Shown here: positions 41,098-50,416 of the stretch, piece after piece
Position numbering within the stretch: the first letter of the stretch is position 1
How the letters are laid out: every line of letters begins with the position of its first letter
Origin: Halanaerobiales bacterium
Lineage (GTDB): Bacteria > Bacillota > Halanaerobiia > Halanaerobiales > M55B127
Length of the DNA: 64,000 nt
Assembly: GCA_046482435.1 (NCBI GenBank)
Contig: JAWOEZ010000089.1
Coordinates: forward strand, 1,183 to 65,182
Reading direction: 5' to 3'
Program-made: the position numbers and the translations under genes
Notes under the pieces: model-generated
Seen by the model: only the letters and a program-made list of their open reading frames with translations
Told to the model about the DNA's origin: nothing
Databases searched by the model: none

Positions 41098-41190
41098 CAA
41101 AATCATTCCTTCCAGTAAATATTACATTTTCTTATAATACAATACCTCATCTCGGGCAGAGACGAGGTAGATTTTTCTACCTTTTTAGTT

Positions 41191-41958
41191 TTAGTCAAAA
41201 CCTTTTATAATTTGCAGAAAATCAGTAGATTTTAAATTAAAGTCTAAATGATACAGAATAAATTTATCAATAATTTCATCAATATTACTAAGTAAATTTT
41301 TATCAACATCTAATTCATCTAAAGAATCTATCCCAGTCCTGTAGACCTTTTTTATTAAATCTACTTTGTTTTGACTTAAAGTATTAAAATCACTATCACT
41401 TTTTCTTGCACACTTAGCACAAATAATTCCACCTTCTTGGACATTAAAATATTGTTTTTGTAAAGTTTTATACCTTTTTCCACATTCATAACAAAAATTT
41501 ATTCTAGGTTGTACACCTATATATTTTAAAAATAATAACTTAAAAACAATATTAATTTTATTTAATTCCTTTTTAGGAGTTCTTGCCATTTTATAGAAGA
41601 TAGCTAATAAAAGTTTGAATAAAGGTTGGTTTGGATGATATTCCATCCCTGCTTTCTCTACCATTTCAGAAAAATATGAAGCATAAGCCATTTTATCAAG
41701 ATTATTTCTTAATTCTTCAAATCGGTGGATACTTTCTACATTATTTATCCGATCTAAAGAATTGTTTTTATAAACTTTTATTATATTATAACAGTAAGGT
41801 AAAACCACAGCTGATAATTTATTGTTTTTTGAATTTCTTGCTTTTTTAACTACAGCTCGTATCTTTCCCTCATCTTTTGTATAGAAAGTTATTATTTTAT
41901 CAGCCTCTCCTAAATCAAACTGTTTTAATACCAGAGCCTCTGTTTCAATTAAAGCCAT
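41191..41958 (-). CDS. recO: DNA repair protein RecO
   Basis: 255 aa with an OB-fold N-terminus (EALVLKQFDLGEADKIITFYT) and a Zn finger (CYECGK...CAKC). Confidence 0.9.
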   Translation of the reverse strand: MALIETEALVLKQFDLGEADKIITFYTKDEGKIRAVVKKARNSKNNKLSAVVLPYCYNIIKVYKNNSLDRINNVESIHRFEELRNNLDKMAYASYFSEMVEKAGMEYHPNQPLFKLLLAIFYKMARTPKKELNKINIVFKLLFLKYIGVQPRINFCYECGKRYKTLQKQYFNVQEGGIICAKCARKSDSDFNTLSQNKVDLIKKVYRTGIDSLDELDVDKNLLSNIDEIIDKFILYHLDFNLKSTDFLQIIKGFD

Positions 41959-41974
41959 TAAATTTCCTTCTTTC

Positions 41975-42658
41975 TTAATCTTTTGTATCAGTTACTATAT
42001 TGACACCTGAACTAGCGCCAAGTCTGTTAGCTCCTGCATCAAGCATTGCTAGCGCGTCCTCAAAGTCTTTAATACCACCTGAAGCTTTTACACCAATATC
42101 CCTACCTACTGTCTTTCTCATAATACTTACCTTTTCTTCAACAGCTCCTTCAGGTCCAAAGCCAGTTGAAGTTTTTACAAAATCTCCACCTGCATCTTTT
42201 ACTATTTCACATGCTTTAATAATTTCATCATCATTTAAGTAACAAGTTTCTATTATAACTTTAACGATCACATCTGAGGTAACTCCAGAAGCTTTTGTTG
42301 CATCTTTAACTGCTTTAATGTCAGACCTAACCAAGTCATAGGCTCCGGATTTAAATGCACCAATATTCATTACCATATCAACCTCTTGTGCTCCATTTTT
42401 AGTAGCATTTTTAGTTTCAAAAGCCTTTGTTTCAGAAGTATTTGCCCCTAAAGGAAATCCTATAACTGTAGCCACTTTAACTGAAGATTCTTCTAGCATT
42501 TTTGTTGCTAAAGGAACATAAATCGGATGGATGCAAACAGAAGCAAATTGGTATTCTAAAGCCTCCTCACATAACTTCTTAATATCATCAACAGTTGCAG
42601 TAGCATTTAAATTCGTATGATCAATCATCTTGGCCATGTCTCTAGGTTTAATCGCCAC
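41975..42658 (-). CDS. deoC: Deoxyribose-phosphate aldolase
   Basis: Contains IDHT-LN, KVIIETCYL and the Schiff-base Lys context FVKTSTGF. GTG start. Confidence 0.9.
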   Translation of the reverse strand: MAIKPRDMAKMIDHTNLNATATVDDIKKLCEEALEYQFASVCIHPIYVPLATKMLEESSVKVATVIGFPLGANTSETKAFETKNATKNGAQEVDMVMNIGAFKSGAYDLVRSDIKAVKDATKASGVTSDVIVKVIIETCYLNDDEIIKACEIVKDAGGDFVKTSTGFGPEGAVEEKVSIMRKTVGRDIGVKASGGIKDFEDALAMLDAGANRLGASSGVNIVTDTKD

Positions 42659-42763
42659 TATTAATCACTCCTTTTCAATTACAAATAATCATTAATTAAT
42701 CTTTATTTAAAACTATCCAAACCTTAAAATTAGTTCTTAATAAGACCACATTATATTTTAGTT

Positions 42764-43648
42764 TTAACTTTTATAACCCATTCTTCTTAATAGGTTTTCA
42801 TCTTCTCTCCAGTCTTTCTCTATTTTAATCCATAAATCTAGGTAAACTTTTTGCTGGAGCAGTTTTTCAATATCTTTTCTTGCTCTGGTCCCAATCTTTT
42901 TTAACATTTTCCCGTTTTTGCCAATAATAATTCCTTTATGAGATTTTTTTTCCACATAAATATTGGCTCTTATATACATCGTTTCATCATTTCTTTCTTT
43001 CATCTCTTCTATTAAAACTGCAATACCAAATGGGACCTCTTCCCTTAGTAAATAAAAGGTTTTTTCCCTGATCATTTCTGCCACAATAAACTGTTCGATT
43101 TGGTCAGTAATCATATCATCTGGAAAGTATTGGGGCCCTTCTGGTAATTTTTCAAACACAAGATTTAATAAACTATCTATATTCCTGCCTGTTTTTGAAG
43201 AAATAGGTACCACGTTTTCTTTTATCCTCTTTTGATATTGCTGTATAACTTTAGGAAGCTCTTTTTCCTTTATTTTATCAATTTTATTCAATACAACCAA
43301 AAACGGTGTTGAAGAGTTTTTTATCTGATTATATATTACTTGGTCTTGTTTTTTAAAATTATCGGTGGCATCAAACATTAAAATTATGACATCTATACCT
43401 TCTATACTTCTATATGCTTCATTTACCATATAACGGTCTAAGTCATTTTTGGTTTTATATATTCCTGGAGTATCTACAAAAATTATCTGACCTTCCTCCG
43501 TTGTATAAATAGTTTTGATGCTATTTCTAGTTGTCTGCGGACGTGGTGAAGTTATAGAAATTTTCTCCCCCACTAAATAATTAACTAATGTCGATTTACC
43601 AACATTAGGTCTTCCAATTATTGTTGCAAAACCTGATTTAAAACCCAT
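42764..43648 (-). CDS. era: GTPase Era
   Basis: G1 GRPNVGKST, G3 DTPG and G4 NKID boxes are present, with a C-terminal KH domain. Confidence 0.95.
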   Translation of the reverse strand: MGFKSGFATIIGRPNVGKSTLVNYLVGEKISITSPRPQTTRNSIKTIYTTEEGQIIFVDTPGIYKTKNDLDRYMVNEAYRSIEGIDVIILMFDATDNFKKQDQVIYNQIKNSSTPFLVVLNKIDKIKEKELPKVIQQYQKRIKENVVPISSKTGRNIDSLLNLVFEKLPEGPQYFPDDMITDQIEQFIVAEMIREKTFYLLREEVPFGIAVLIEEMKERNDETMYIRANIYVEKKSHKGIIIGKNGKMLKKIGTRARKDIEKLLQQKVYLDLWIKIEKDWREDENLLRRMGYKS

Positions 43649-44052
43649 TATTCCATATCATCCTTATTAAATGAACCGGGTAATAGCTCCTTATTTTTCT
43701 TTATTACTTCCTGTCTATCAAATGTCGTCATTATGATATCAATATCTTTACTAAATTCATTTATTACTTGTCTACAAGAACCACAGGGTGTAACTGGTTT
43801 TTTAGATTCGGTTAATAACAAGATGGCTTCAAACTCAGTATAACCTTCTGAAACAGCTTTAAATACTGCAGTTCTTTCAGCACACATCGTTGAACCGAAG
43901 GCCGCATTTTCAATATTTACACCTGTAAATATTTCTCCATCTTTTGTTAATAATGCTGCCGCTAAAGGAAAATTAGAATATGGTACATAGGCCTTTTCAA
44001 TCACTTTTTTAGCAACCTCAAACAATTTCTCTTTGGTCTCATTATTCACCAT
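43648..44052 (-). CDS. cdd: Cytidine deaminase
   Basis: The CAERTA and PCGSCRQ zinc motifs are present. Its stop codon shares one base with the era start codon. Confidence 0.9.
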   Translation of the reverse strand: MVNNETKEKLFEVAKKVIEKAYVPYSNFPLAAALLTKDGEIFTGVNIENAAFGSTMCAERTAVFKAVSEGYTEFEAILLLTESKKPVTPCGSCRQVINEFSKDIDIIMTTFDRQEVIKKNKELLPGSFNKDDME

Positions 44053-44054
44053 TA

Positions 44055-45206
44055 TTAATCACTTTCCTTATAGGTTATATTTGTATCGGTAGGAACAATC
44101 TGAATCCAAGTATTTCCTGGATTTACAGTAATTAATTGTTCTTTTTCATTATAAAATTTTGTTAACTCTTGACCTTCTTTTTCCCAGTACCCTTCGCTTA
44201 CTACTCCATTTCTAAAATATAGAGCTTTATTATTACCTTCTAATTCTATAGCTAATCTACCTTCCTCATCTTTTACAGAAGTTTCGGCAAATTGAACTAC
44301 TATATTTTTTACAGTAATTTGTTCATTGTTCTCACAATTATGGGGTGTATCTAAATCGTTTAAATACCTATAATAAACATTTTCTTCCTGGGAATATTCA
44401 TAGATCACATTATAATTGCCCCAATATTCAATATTAATTTCTTCAGCACTAGTTTTAGCATTTGATATTATCATTATATCTTCAAAATTAAATCTATTGT
44501 CATATTCAACTCCTAACATATCATTAAGATATTCATTAATTCTATACTCCCCAGTGAATAAGTTGTGGGGATTAGGTTTTTGTTGATTTCTCCAATAATA
44601 TTTACCATTGTATATCTGGTCAAGATTTGTATAGTCTATATCCTCAAGAAGATCAAACCCATCAGGACTAGCACCCGCATGTAATAAAAGTGCATCATAT
44701 TCCCGAGCTATATCTATCATATAAGGTCTGACACTTCTTATAGGTCCAATTTGGGCAGGTATATTTGATCTATATAGAGCCAGAAATCTAGTTATGCCAC
44801 CTTCTACCAAAAACTCATAGACAATAGGCGCATCACAAATACCTGATTGTGGCCTAGCTTTAGGGGTATTTTCGATACTAACCATTATAGCTCTATGTAG
44901 TGCCTTTTTTTCGACAGGCAAATGACTAAACTTGGATAATACTGCATCTTCTTCCGACTTTTCGGCAGCTTCTTCTGAAGGTTCTTCCTCACTTGTTTCC
45001 TCTTGGTCAGAGTCCTCTCCATTTTCTTCTTCTATTTCAGCTTGTTCAGTATCTTCTTCTCCTTCAGTTACTTCTTCTTCGGTAGGTTCTTCACTTGATT
45101 TTTCTTCTACAGGAGGTCCCTCTCCTAATTCATTTCTAAACATTATAGCAAATAATGCAACTATAACTAATAATATCACAAGAGCATATAAAAATTTTTT
45201 CCTCAT
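44055..45206 (-). CDS. DUF3048-like secreted/anchored protein with acidic linker
   Basis: An N-terminal TM anchor is followed by a ~70-aa E/S-rich linker. The body contains the IENTPKARPQSG and IRSVRPY motifs, which I associate with DUF3048. Start set to the ATG at 45206. Confidence 0.6.
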   Translation of the reverse strand: MRKKFLYALVILLVIVALFAIMFRNELGEGPPVEEKSSEEPTEEEVTEGEEDTEQAEIEEENGEDSDQEETSEEEPSEEAAEKSEEDAVLSKFSHLPVEKKALHRAIMVSIENTPKARPQSGICDAPIVYEFLVEGGITRFLALYRSNIPAQIGPIRSVRPYMIDIAREYDALLLHAGASPDGFDLLEDIDYTNLDQIYNGKYYWRNQQKPNPHNLFTGEYRINEYLNDMLGVEYDNRFNFEDIMIISNAKTSAEEINIEYWGNYNVIYEYSQEENVYYRYLNDLDTPHNCENNEQITVKNIVVQFAETSVKDEEGRLAIELEGNNKALYFRNGVVSEGYWEKEGQELTKFYNEKEQLITVNPGNTWIQIVPTDTNITYKESD

Positions 45207-45297
45207 TTTCACACCTCTACAATTCAATAAATATATTATGTTCTATAACAATATTTATATAATTTAATAACTGTAATTACAGATTTAAATTACTTTA

Positions 45298-46548
45298 TTA
45301 TATCTTTTTAATTGGCTCAATTGTATATATTCTTAATTTTTGGATTCGGTGCTCTTCAATCTTTTCAACTTCTATGGTAATACCTTCAAGTTCAACTTTT
45401 TCTCCTTCATCAGGTAAATAACCAAGTCTATGTAAGACAAAACCACTTATTGTCTCATAACTTTCATCATCCAATAATGCTGAAGGCAGGATATCATTTA
45501 AATCATCTAGATCAACTCTTGCATCTACAAGAATTTCCTTATTATTTATTAAATTAATTTGTTTATCTTCTAAATCATATTCATCCTGAATATCCCCAAC
45601 TATTTCCTCTAAGAGATCTTCAATTGTAATTAGACCAGAAGTGCCCCCATATTCATCTAAAATTACAGCCATATGTTCTCTTCTATTCTGCATTTCCTTT
45701 AATAGTTTATTAATTTGTTTGCTTTCAGGGATAAAATATATGGGTTTTATTAAATCTTCTAAAGTCAGATTTTCTTTTCCTTTTTGAAGTAATTGTAATA
45801 AATCTTTTACATATATTAAACCGATTATGTCATCTATACTTTCTTCATAAACAGGTATTCTGGAGTGACCTTTATCAACAGCTAGGTCAACCAATTCTTC
45901 TATACTTGCATTTTTATTTATACAGACCATATCTATTCTGGGAACCATTATCTCCTTAACCACAATATCATCAAATTCAAAAACACTTTGAATCATTTCT
46001 TTTTCGCTCTCTTTTATAGCGCCTTCTTCTTCACTAACATTAACAAATCTTCTAACTTCTTCTTCACTAATAAAGGCGGAAGAGATCATTCTATTTTCAC
46101 CAATTAACTTTTTGATTAAAACTGTGAAAAACAAAATTATGGGATATAACAACTTTTCTAACCAATACAAAATTATTGATGCAAGTTTAGCATACCTTAT
46201 GGGATTGCTATTACCTATTGATTTTGGTGTGATTTCACCGAATACTAAAATGATAAATGTAACAACGCCTGTTGCAATCCCTACACCTTTACTCCCGAAT
46301 ATATCAATTGCAATTGAAGTAGCTATTGCAGAAGCAGCAATATTAACTAAATTATTACCTATTAAAATTGTGGTCAGTAATTCAGTTTGGTCCTCTAGTA
46401 ATTGATCAACACGTTTAGCCTTTTTATCCCCTTCATTGGCTAATTCTCTTATTCTTACCCTATTTGCAGACATGAATGCAGTTTCTGAACCAGAAAAAAA
46501 ACCAGATAGGATAAGTAATAAAACAAAGCCAATTAAATTAATATACAT
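45298..46548 (-). CDS. CNNM/hemolysin-family transporter (DUF21-CBS pair-CorC_HlyC)
   Basis: A 4-TM DUF21 N-terminus (GSETAF) is followed by a CBS pair and a CorC C-terminal domain. Confidence 0.85.
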   Translation of the reverse strand: MYINLIGFVLLLILSGFFSGSETAFMSANRVRIRELANEGDKKAKRVDQLLEDQTELLTTILIGNNLVNIAASAIATSIAIDIFGSKGVGIATGVVTFIILVFGEITPKSIGNSNPIRYAKLASIILYWLEKLLYPIILFFTVLIKKLIGENRMISSAFISEEEVRRFVNVSEEEGAIKESEKEMIQSVFEFDDIVVKEIMVPRIDMVCINKNASIEELVDLAVDKGHSRIPVYEESIDDIIGLIYVKDLLQLLQKGKENLTLEDLIKPIYFIPESKQINKLLKEMQNRREHMAVILDEYGGTSGLITIEDLLEEIVGDIQDEYDLEDKQINLINNKEILVDARVDLDDLNDILPSALLDDESYETISGFVLHRLGYLPDEGEKVELEGITIEVEKIEEHRIQKLRIYTIEPIKKI

Positions 46549-46602
46549 TCTCTAATGCCCTCCAGTTGAAAACCAAATCCAATATTATAAAAAAATTTAC
46601 TT

Positions 46603-47031
46603 TTAGCTTTTGATCTCTAATTCTTTTAATATCCTTTCCTCTTTCTTGTGCATTTCCTTTTTTTCGCCTTCAATTTTATGGTCATATCCTAAAAGATGGA
46701 GAATCCCATGGGTTACCAGATAACATATTTCTCTCTTAAAAGAATGTCCATAATCTTTAGATTGGCTTAACGCTCTCTCGGCAGAAATTATAATATCACC
46801 CAAAATTTCATCATCCATCGGAAATGACAACACGTCTGTTACTTCATCTTTATTTCTGAATTTATCATTCAATTCCTTTATCTTTTTATTATCTACAAAT
46901 GCTATACTTATTTCTCCGCCATCATAACCTTCCATCTTAGTTGCTTCTGTAATAATATTTTTAAAATCTTGATAGAGGTTTTCACTGATTTCAACCTTAT
47001 TTTGCTGATCATTAATTTCCGTTCTTATCAT
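46603..47031 (-). CDS. ybeY: rRNA maturation endoribonuclease YbeY
   Basis: The HGILHLLGYDH zinc motif is present. It overlaps the upstream pgpH end. Confidence 0.9.
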   Translation of the reverse strand: MIRTEINDQQNKVEISENLYQDFKNIITEATKMEGYDGGEISIAFVDNKKIKELNDKFRNKDEVTDVLSFPMDDEILGDIIISAERALSQSKDYGHSFKREICYLVTHGILHLLGYDHKIEGEKKEMHKKEERILKELEIKS

Positions 47032-49168
47032 TATTATCATCCTTTTTAATTTCCTTTAATAAATTATCAGGATACTCTATCCTCTTATGATATATACCGG
47101 TCAATATTTGTACAAAACTATCTGCAATTTCATCTAATTCGTGTAAGGTTAAAGTAGATTCATCTAGCTGCCTGTCATTTAATTTTTCTCTTATTAATTC
47201 TTTTACAAATAACTCGATTCTATTATGATTATTCTTGCTGAAATTTTTTGAACGAACCGCAGCTTCTACTGTATCGGCTAACATAATAAGAGCAGCTTCC
47301 TTAGTTTGTGGTTTAGGCCCATCATATCTGAAATCACTTTCCTTGATATCCCCATGTTTATTTTTTTCAATGGCTTGCTTGTAGAAAAATGAAATTAAAC
47401 CTGTACCTTGGTGCTGTTGAATAATATCTTTTATCGCTTTAGGTAAATTATATTTATCAGCTAACTCTAAACCATCTTTTACATGTGACTTGATAATTAA
47501 AGCACTCAAGTTTGGAGAAGTTTTATCATGTGGGTTTTCACCACCAAATTGGTTGTCGGAAAAGAAATATGGTCTCTTCAGTTTACCAATATCATGAAAA
47601 TATGCTCCTACTCTCGTTAAAAGAGAATCTGCACCAATTTTATCAGCAGCATTTTCAGCTAAATTCCCCACTATTATACTGTGGTGATAGGTACCGGGAG
47701 CTTCAACCAATAATCTTTTTAATAGTGGGTGGCTTGGATTAGAAAGTTCTAATAACTTCACTGAAGAAGTTAAATCAAAGATATTTTCTAAATAAGGTAG
47801 TAGTCCATTAGCCAATATTGCTACAAATATCCCGTTTAAAACACCCATTACGACTGCCCATAGTAACTCTAACCAATCATTTGTTAAATTCATTAAAGTT
47901 AAACCGGCAATAAATACAACTAAAGAAAGGCTTACATTAAACCCAGCTTTGATGAGGTCACTTCTTTGATTTACATCGCTTACACTTATAATACCAACTA
48001 GTCCACTGACAAATGCAACAGCCGCTGCTATATAAAGGTTCCCAAAAACTAAAGCTATTAAAAAGCTTATAAATGCAGTAACTATAAGTGCAATTTGAGT
48101 GTTAATTAAAACAGTTATCAGTATAGATGCAATCGCAGTGGGAACTAAATAAACCATATATGAAGGTTGGAAAATACTAATTATTTTAGCTAATAACACT
48201 ACTAAAATAATCAAAGTTTCTACAAGAATTAATTGATTAATATTCTCCCAAACTTCACTTTCATAATGTTTTATATAATAACCTAATAAAAGAAGTAAGG
48301 CACTTAATGTAATTAATACACCCAATAAGTTAACATAATTTATACTGGGTTTCCGAAGGCCTAAAGCTTTTAACACTTGGATATCATCTTGAGAAACTAT
48401 ATCACCTTTACGGATAATATTTTCGCCTCTAAGTACTGTACGTTTTACTGGCTCGACTTCCCTTAAAGCTTCTTGCTGTCTCTGCTCAGTAGCTTCTATG
48501 TCTAAAATCATATTAGGTTCAATATTTTTAGTCAAAATATTTACTAATACCAACCGATATTCTCTATCAAAATTAGTCTCTAAAGCAAGCTGATTAATTC
48601 TATTTCTAACTTCTAAGACGTTTTCAGGAAAAATTCTTTCCTGGAGTATTTCTTCCATAATATCCTTAGAAATATTATGAAGTTCATTTATTTTGTCTAC
48701 ATCAGTTTTAAGTAGTAAACTAAGATCGTCATTACTAATTTCTAAATTATTATTTGACTTTATTTCATTTAAAAATTGACTATTTATCTGTTCTCCATCA
48801 TCACCTTGAATATTTGTCTTAGCATTTAAAACAGTTGTAAATAGTTTATCAATATCACTCAAAATCTGCCTATTTACTGATTTGTCTTCTTCATATACTT
48901 TTGAAGAGGATTCTACTGCTAATTCTCTTAACTGTTCCGTTTTTTCCTGATCTATAAATGTTACTGTACGAGGAGCAACTACATCACTTGTGCTTACTTC
49001 CCCAACTTCTAAATCTATCTGATTAGGAAAAAAATTGAAGGTTAAGATAATAGCTATGAATACAAAGAAAATGATAAGACTTATTCTTCTCTTATATCTC
49101 TCATTAAGTTGTATATTAAAATCGGTCCATTTACTGAACCTATTTTTTAAACTCTCAAAAAGTTGCAT
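47012..49168 (-). CDS. pgpH: 7TM receptor with intracellular HD-GYP-less HD hydrolase (PgpH/YqfF-like, candidate c-di-AMP phosphodiesterase)
   Basis: An extracellular N-terminal domain is followed by 7 TM helices and an HDIG domain (YFHDIGK). It sits in the conserved phoH-pgpH-ybeY order. Confidence 0.85.
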   Translation of the reverse strand: MQLFESLKNRFSKWTDFNIQLNERYKRRISLIIFFVFIAIILTFNFFPNQIDLEVGEVSTSDVVAPRTVTFIDQEKTEQLRELAVESSSKVYEEDKSVNRQILSDIDKLFTTVLNAKTNIQGDDGEQINSQFLNEIKSNNNLEISNDDLSLLLKTDVDKINELHNISKDIMEEILQERIFPENVLEVRNRINQLALETNFDREYRLVLVNILTKNIEPNMILDIEATEQRQQEALREVEPVKRTVLRGENIIRKGDIVSQDDIQVLKALGLRKPSINYVNLLGVLITLSALLLLLGYYIKHYESEVWENINQLILVETLIILVVLLAKIISIFQPSYMVYLVPTAIASILITVLINTQIALIVTAFISFLIALVFGNLYIAAAVAFVSGLVGIISVSDVNQRSDLIKAGFNVSLSLVVFIAGLTLMNLTNDWLELLWAVVMGVLNGIFVAILANGLLPYLENIFDLTSSVKLLELSNPSHPLLKRLLVEAPGTYHHSIIVGNLAENAADKIGADSLLTRVGAYFHDIGKLKRPYFFSDNQFGGENPHDKTSPNLSALIIKSHVKDGLELADKYNLPKAIKDIIQQHQGTGLISFFYKQAIEKNKHGDIKESDFRYDGPKPQTKEAALIMLADTVEAAVRSKNFSKNNHNRIELFVKELIREKLNDRQLDESTLTLHELDEIADSFVQILTGIYHKRIEYPDNLLKEIKKDDNNDKNGN

Positions 49169-49170
49169 AA

Positions 49171-50133
49171 TTAATTCCCACTTTCATACCTTTCATATGC
49201 CTTGATGATATCTTTTACCAGGTCATGTCTTACAACATCATGATTTGTAAGATATACAAATTCAATTCCTTTAATATCCTTTAATATTTTTCTCACCTGG
49301 TTTAACCCAGAATTAGAATTTCTAGGAAGATCAATCTGGGTAATATCACCAGTAATGACAGCATGAGAATTAAATCCAATCCTTGTCAGGAACATTTTCA
49401 TTTGCTCTGGAGTTGTGTTTTGAGCCTCATCTAAAATAACAAAACTGTCGTCAAGAGTCCTACCCCTCATGTATGCTAAAGGAGCTATTTCAATAATATC
49501 CTTCTCTAAATATTCACTCACCTTTTCGGGTCCTAATATATCATATAAGGCATCATATAAAGGTCTTAGATAGGGATCAACTTTGTCACGTAAATCGCCG
49601 GGTAAAAAGCCTAATTCTTCACCGGCTTCAATAGCAGGTCTAGTTAAAACAATTCGATTAGCATTTTTATTCAACAAGCTTTTTACAGCCATTACCATAG
49701 CTAAATACGTTTTTCCAGTACCCGCCGGTCCTATAGAAAACACAATATCTGATCTTTTAATTGCTTCCACATAGTATTTTTGCCCTAAGGTTTTTACCTT
49801 TATTTCTTTGCCTTTAAAATTAACTTGAAGAACCTCATCGTAAAGGTTCCCCAGATCCATATTTTTATCTTTTCTCAATAACTCAATAGCGTATTTTACC
49901 TGTCTTTCATCAATATTTTTGCCATTTCTAGCAAGTTTTACCATTTCATTTACTACTCGCTTTGCCAGTTTAATATTATTTTTGTTTCCTTTCAACTTAA
50001 CACTACTGCCTCTGGCTAATATTTTCACATTCAGCCTATCTTCCATAATCTTAATATTCTTGTCTTTATTCCCAAAAACATTCCTCGAAATCTGATAATT
50101 ATCTATATCTATAATATCTTCAACCGGTACCAC
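49171..50133 (-). CDS. phoH: PhoH family ATPase
   Basis: Walker A GPAGTGKTYLA and ILDEAQN are present. The start is probably the GTG at 50133, because the TTG at 50148 lies inside the GAGGAGG SD. Confidence 0.9.
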   Translation of the reverse strand: MVPVEDIIDIDNYQISRNVFGNKDKNIKIMEDRLNVKILARGSSVKLKGNKNNIKLAKRVVNEMVKLARNGKNIDERQVKYAIELLRKDKNMDLGNLYDEVLQVNFKGKEIKVKTLGQKYYVEAIKRSDIVFSIGPAGTGKTYLAMVMAVKSLLNKNANRIVLTRPAIEAGEELGFLPGDLRDKVDPYLRPLYDALYDILGPEKVSEYLEKDIIEIAPLAYMRGRTLDDSFVILDEAQNTTPEQMKMFLTRIGFNSHAVITGDITQIDLPRNSNSGLNQVRKILKDIKGIEFVYLTNHDVVRHDLVKDIIKAYERYESGN

Positions 50134-50244
50134 CGGATCCCTCCTCAATTAATTTTATTCCTACTTATATTTTATTCAAGAGTAGATAAAATATTCCTCC
50201 ATATTTTAAAAATCGTTTCATCCATTAAAAAACACACTATGAAT

Positions 50245-50272
50245 ATTATAACACATTTTATTAATCATACAA
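50245..50272 (-). promoter_or_regulatory. Sigma-70-type promoter for the phoH operon
   Basis: TTGTAT-16 nt-TATAAT, downstream of the terminator at 50285..50324. Confidence 0.4.
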
Positions 50273-50284
50273 GTATCACAGAAT

Positions 50285-50324
50285 AAAAAACCAGAATATA
50301 ACCTTATTCAAGGCTACATCCTGG
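50285..50324 (-). terminator. Rho-independent terminator behind the glpX pseudogene
   Basis: A 13-bp stem CCAGGAUGUAGCC/GGUUAUAUUCUGG is followed by U6. It includes 3 G-U pairs, so it is valid only on the minus strand. Confidence 0.6.
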
Positions 50325-50416
50325 CCATTTACTCTACTATTATGATTATAATAGTATTATATATTTAGTTATAATACTACTTAAATCCAGATTAAATATA
50401 TCCTTTGGGAAATATT

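Noticed and set aside
50118-50140. A GGATCC-GGTGGTACC-GG string at the phoH start. It resembles a T-box core (GGUGGUACCG) and, oddly, adjacent BamHI and KpnI sites like a polylinker.
   Set aside because: The upstream leader (~110 nt after the promoter) is too short for a T-box and lacks Stem I and terminator elements. phoH is not an amino-acid-related gene. The motif lies within or at the phoH start codon region and encodes ...DPVVPVE. I found no other vector-like sequence around it.
50150-50284. A possible leader RNA or 8-codon ORF (MEEYFIYS) in the phoH 5' region.
   Set aside because: It is short, and I could trace no conserved structure by eye. The ATG overlaps its own putative SD.
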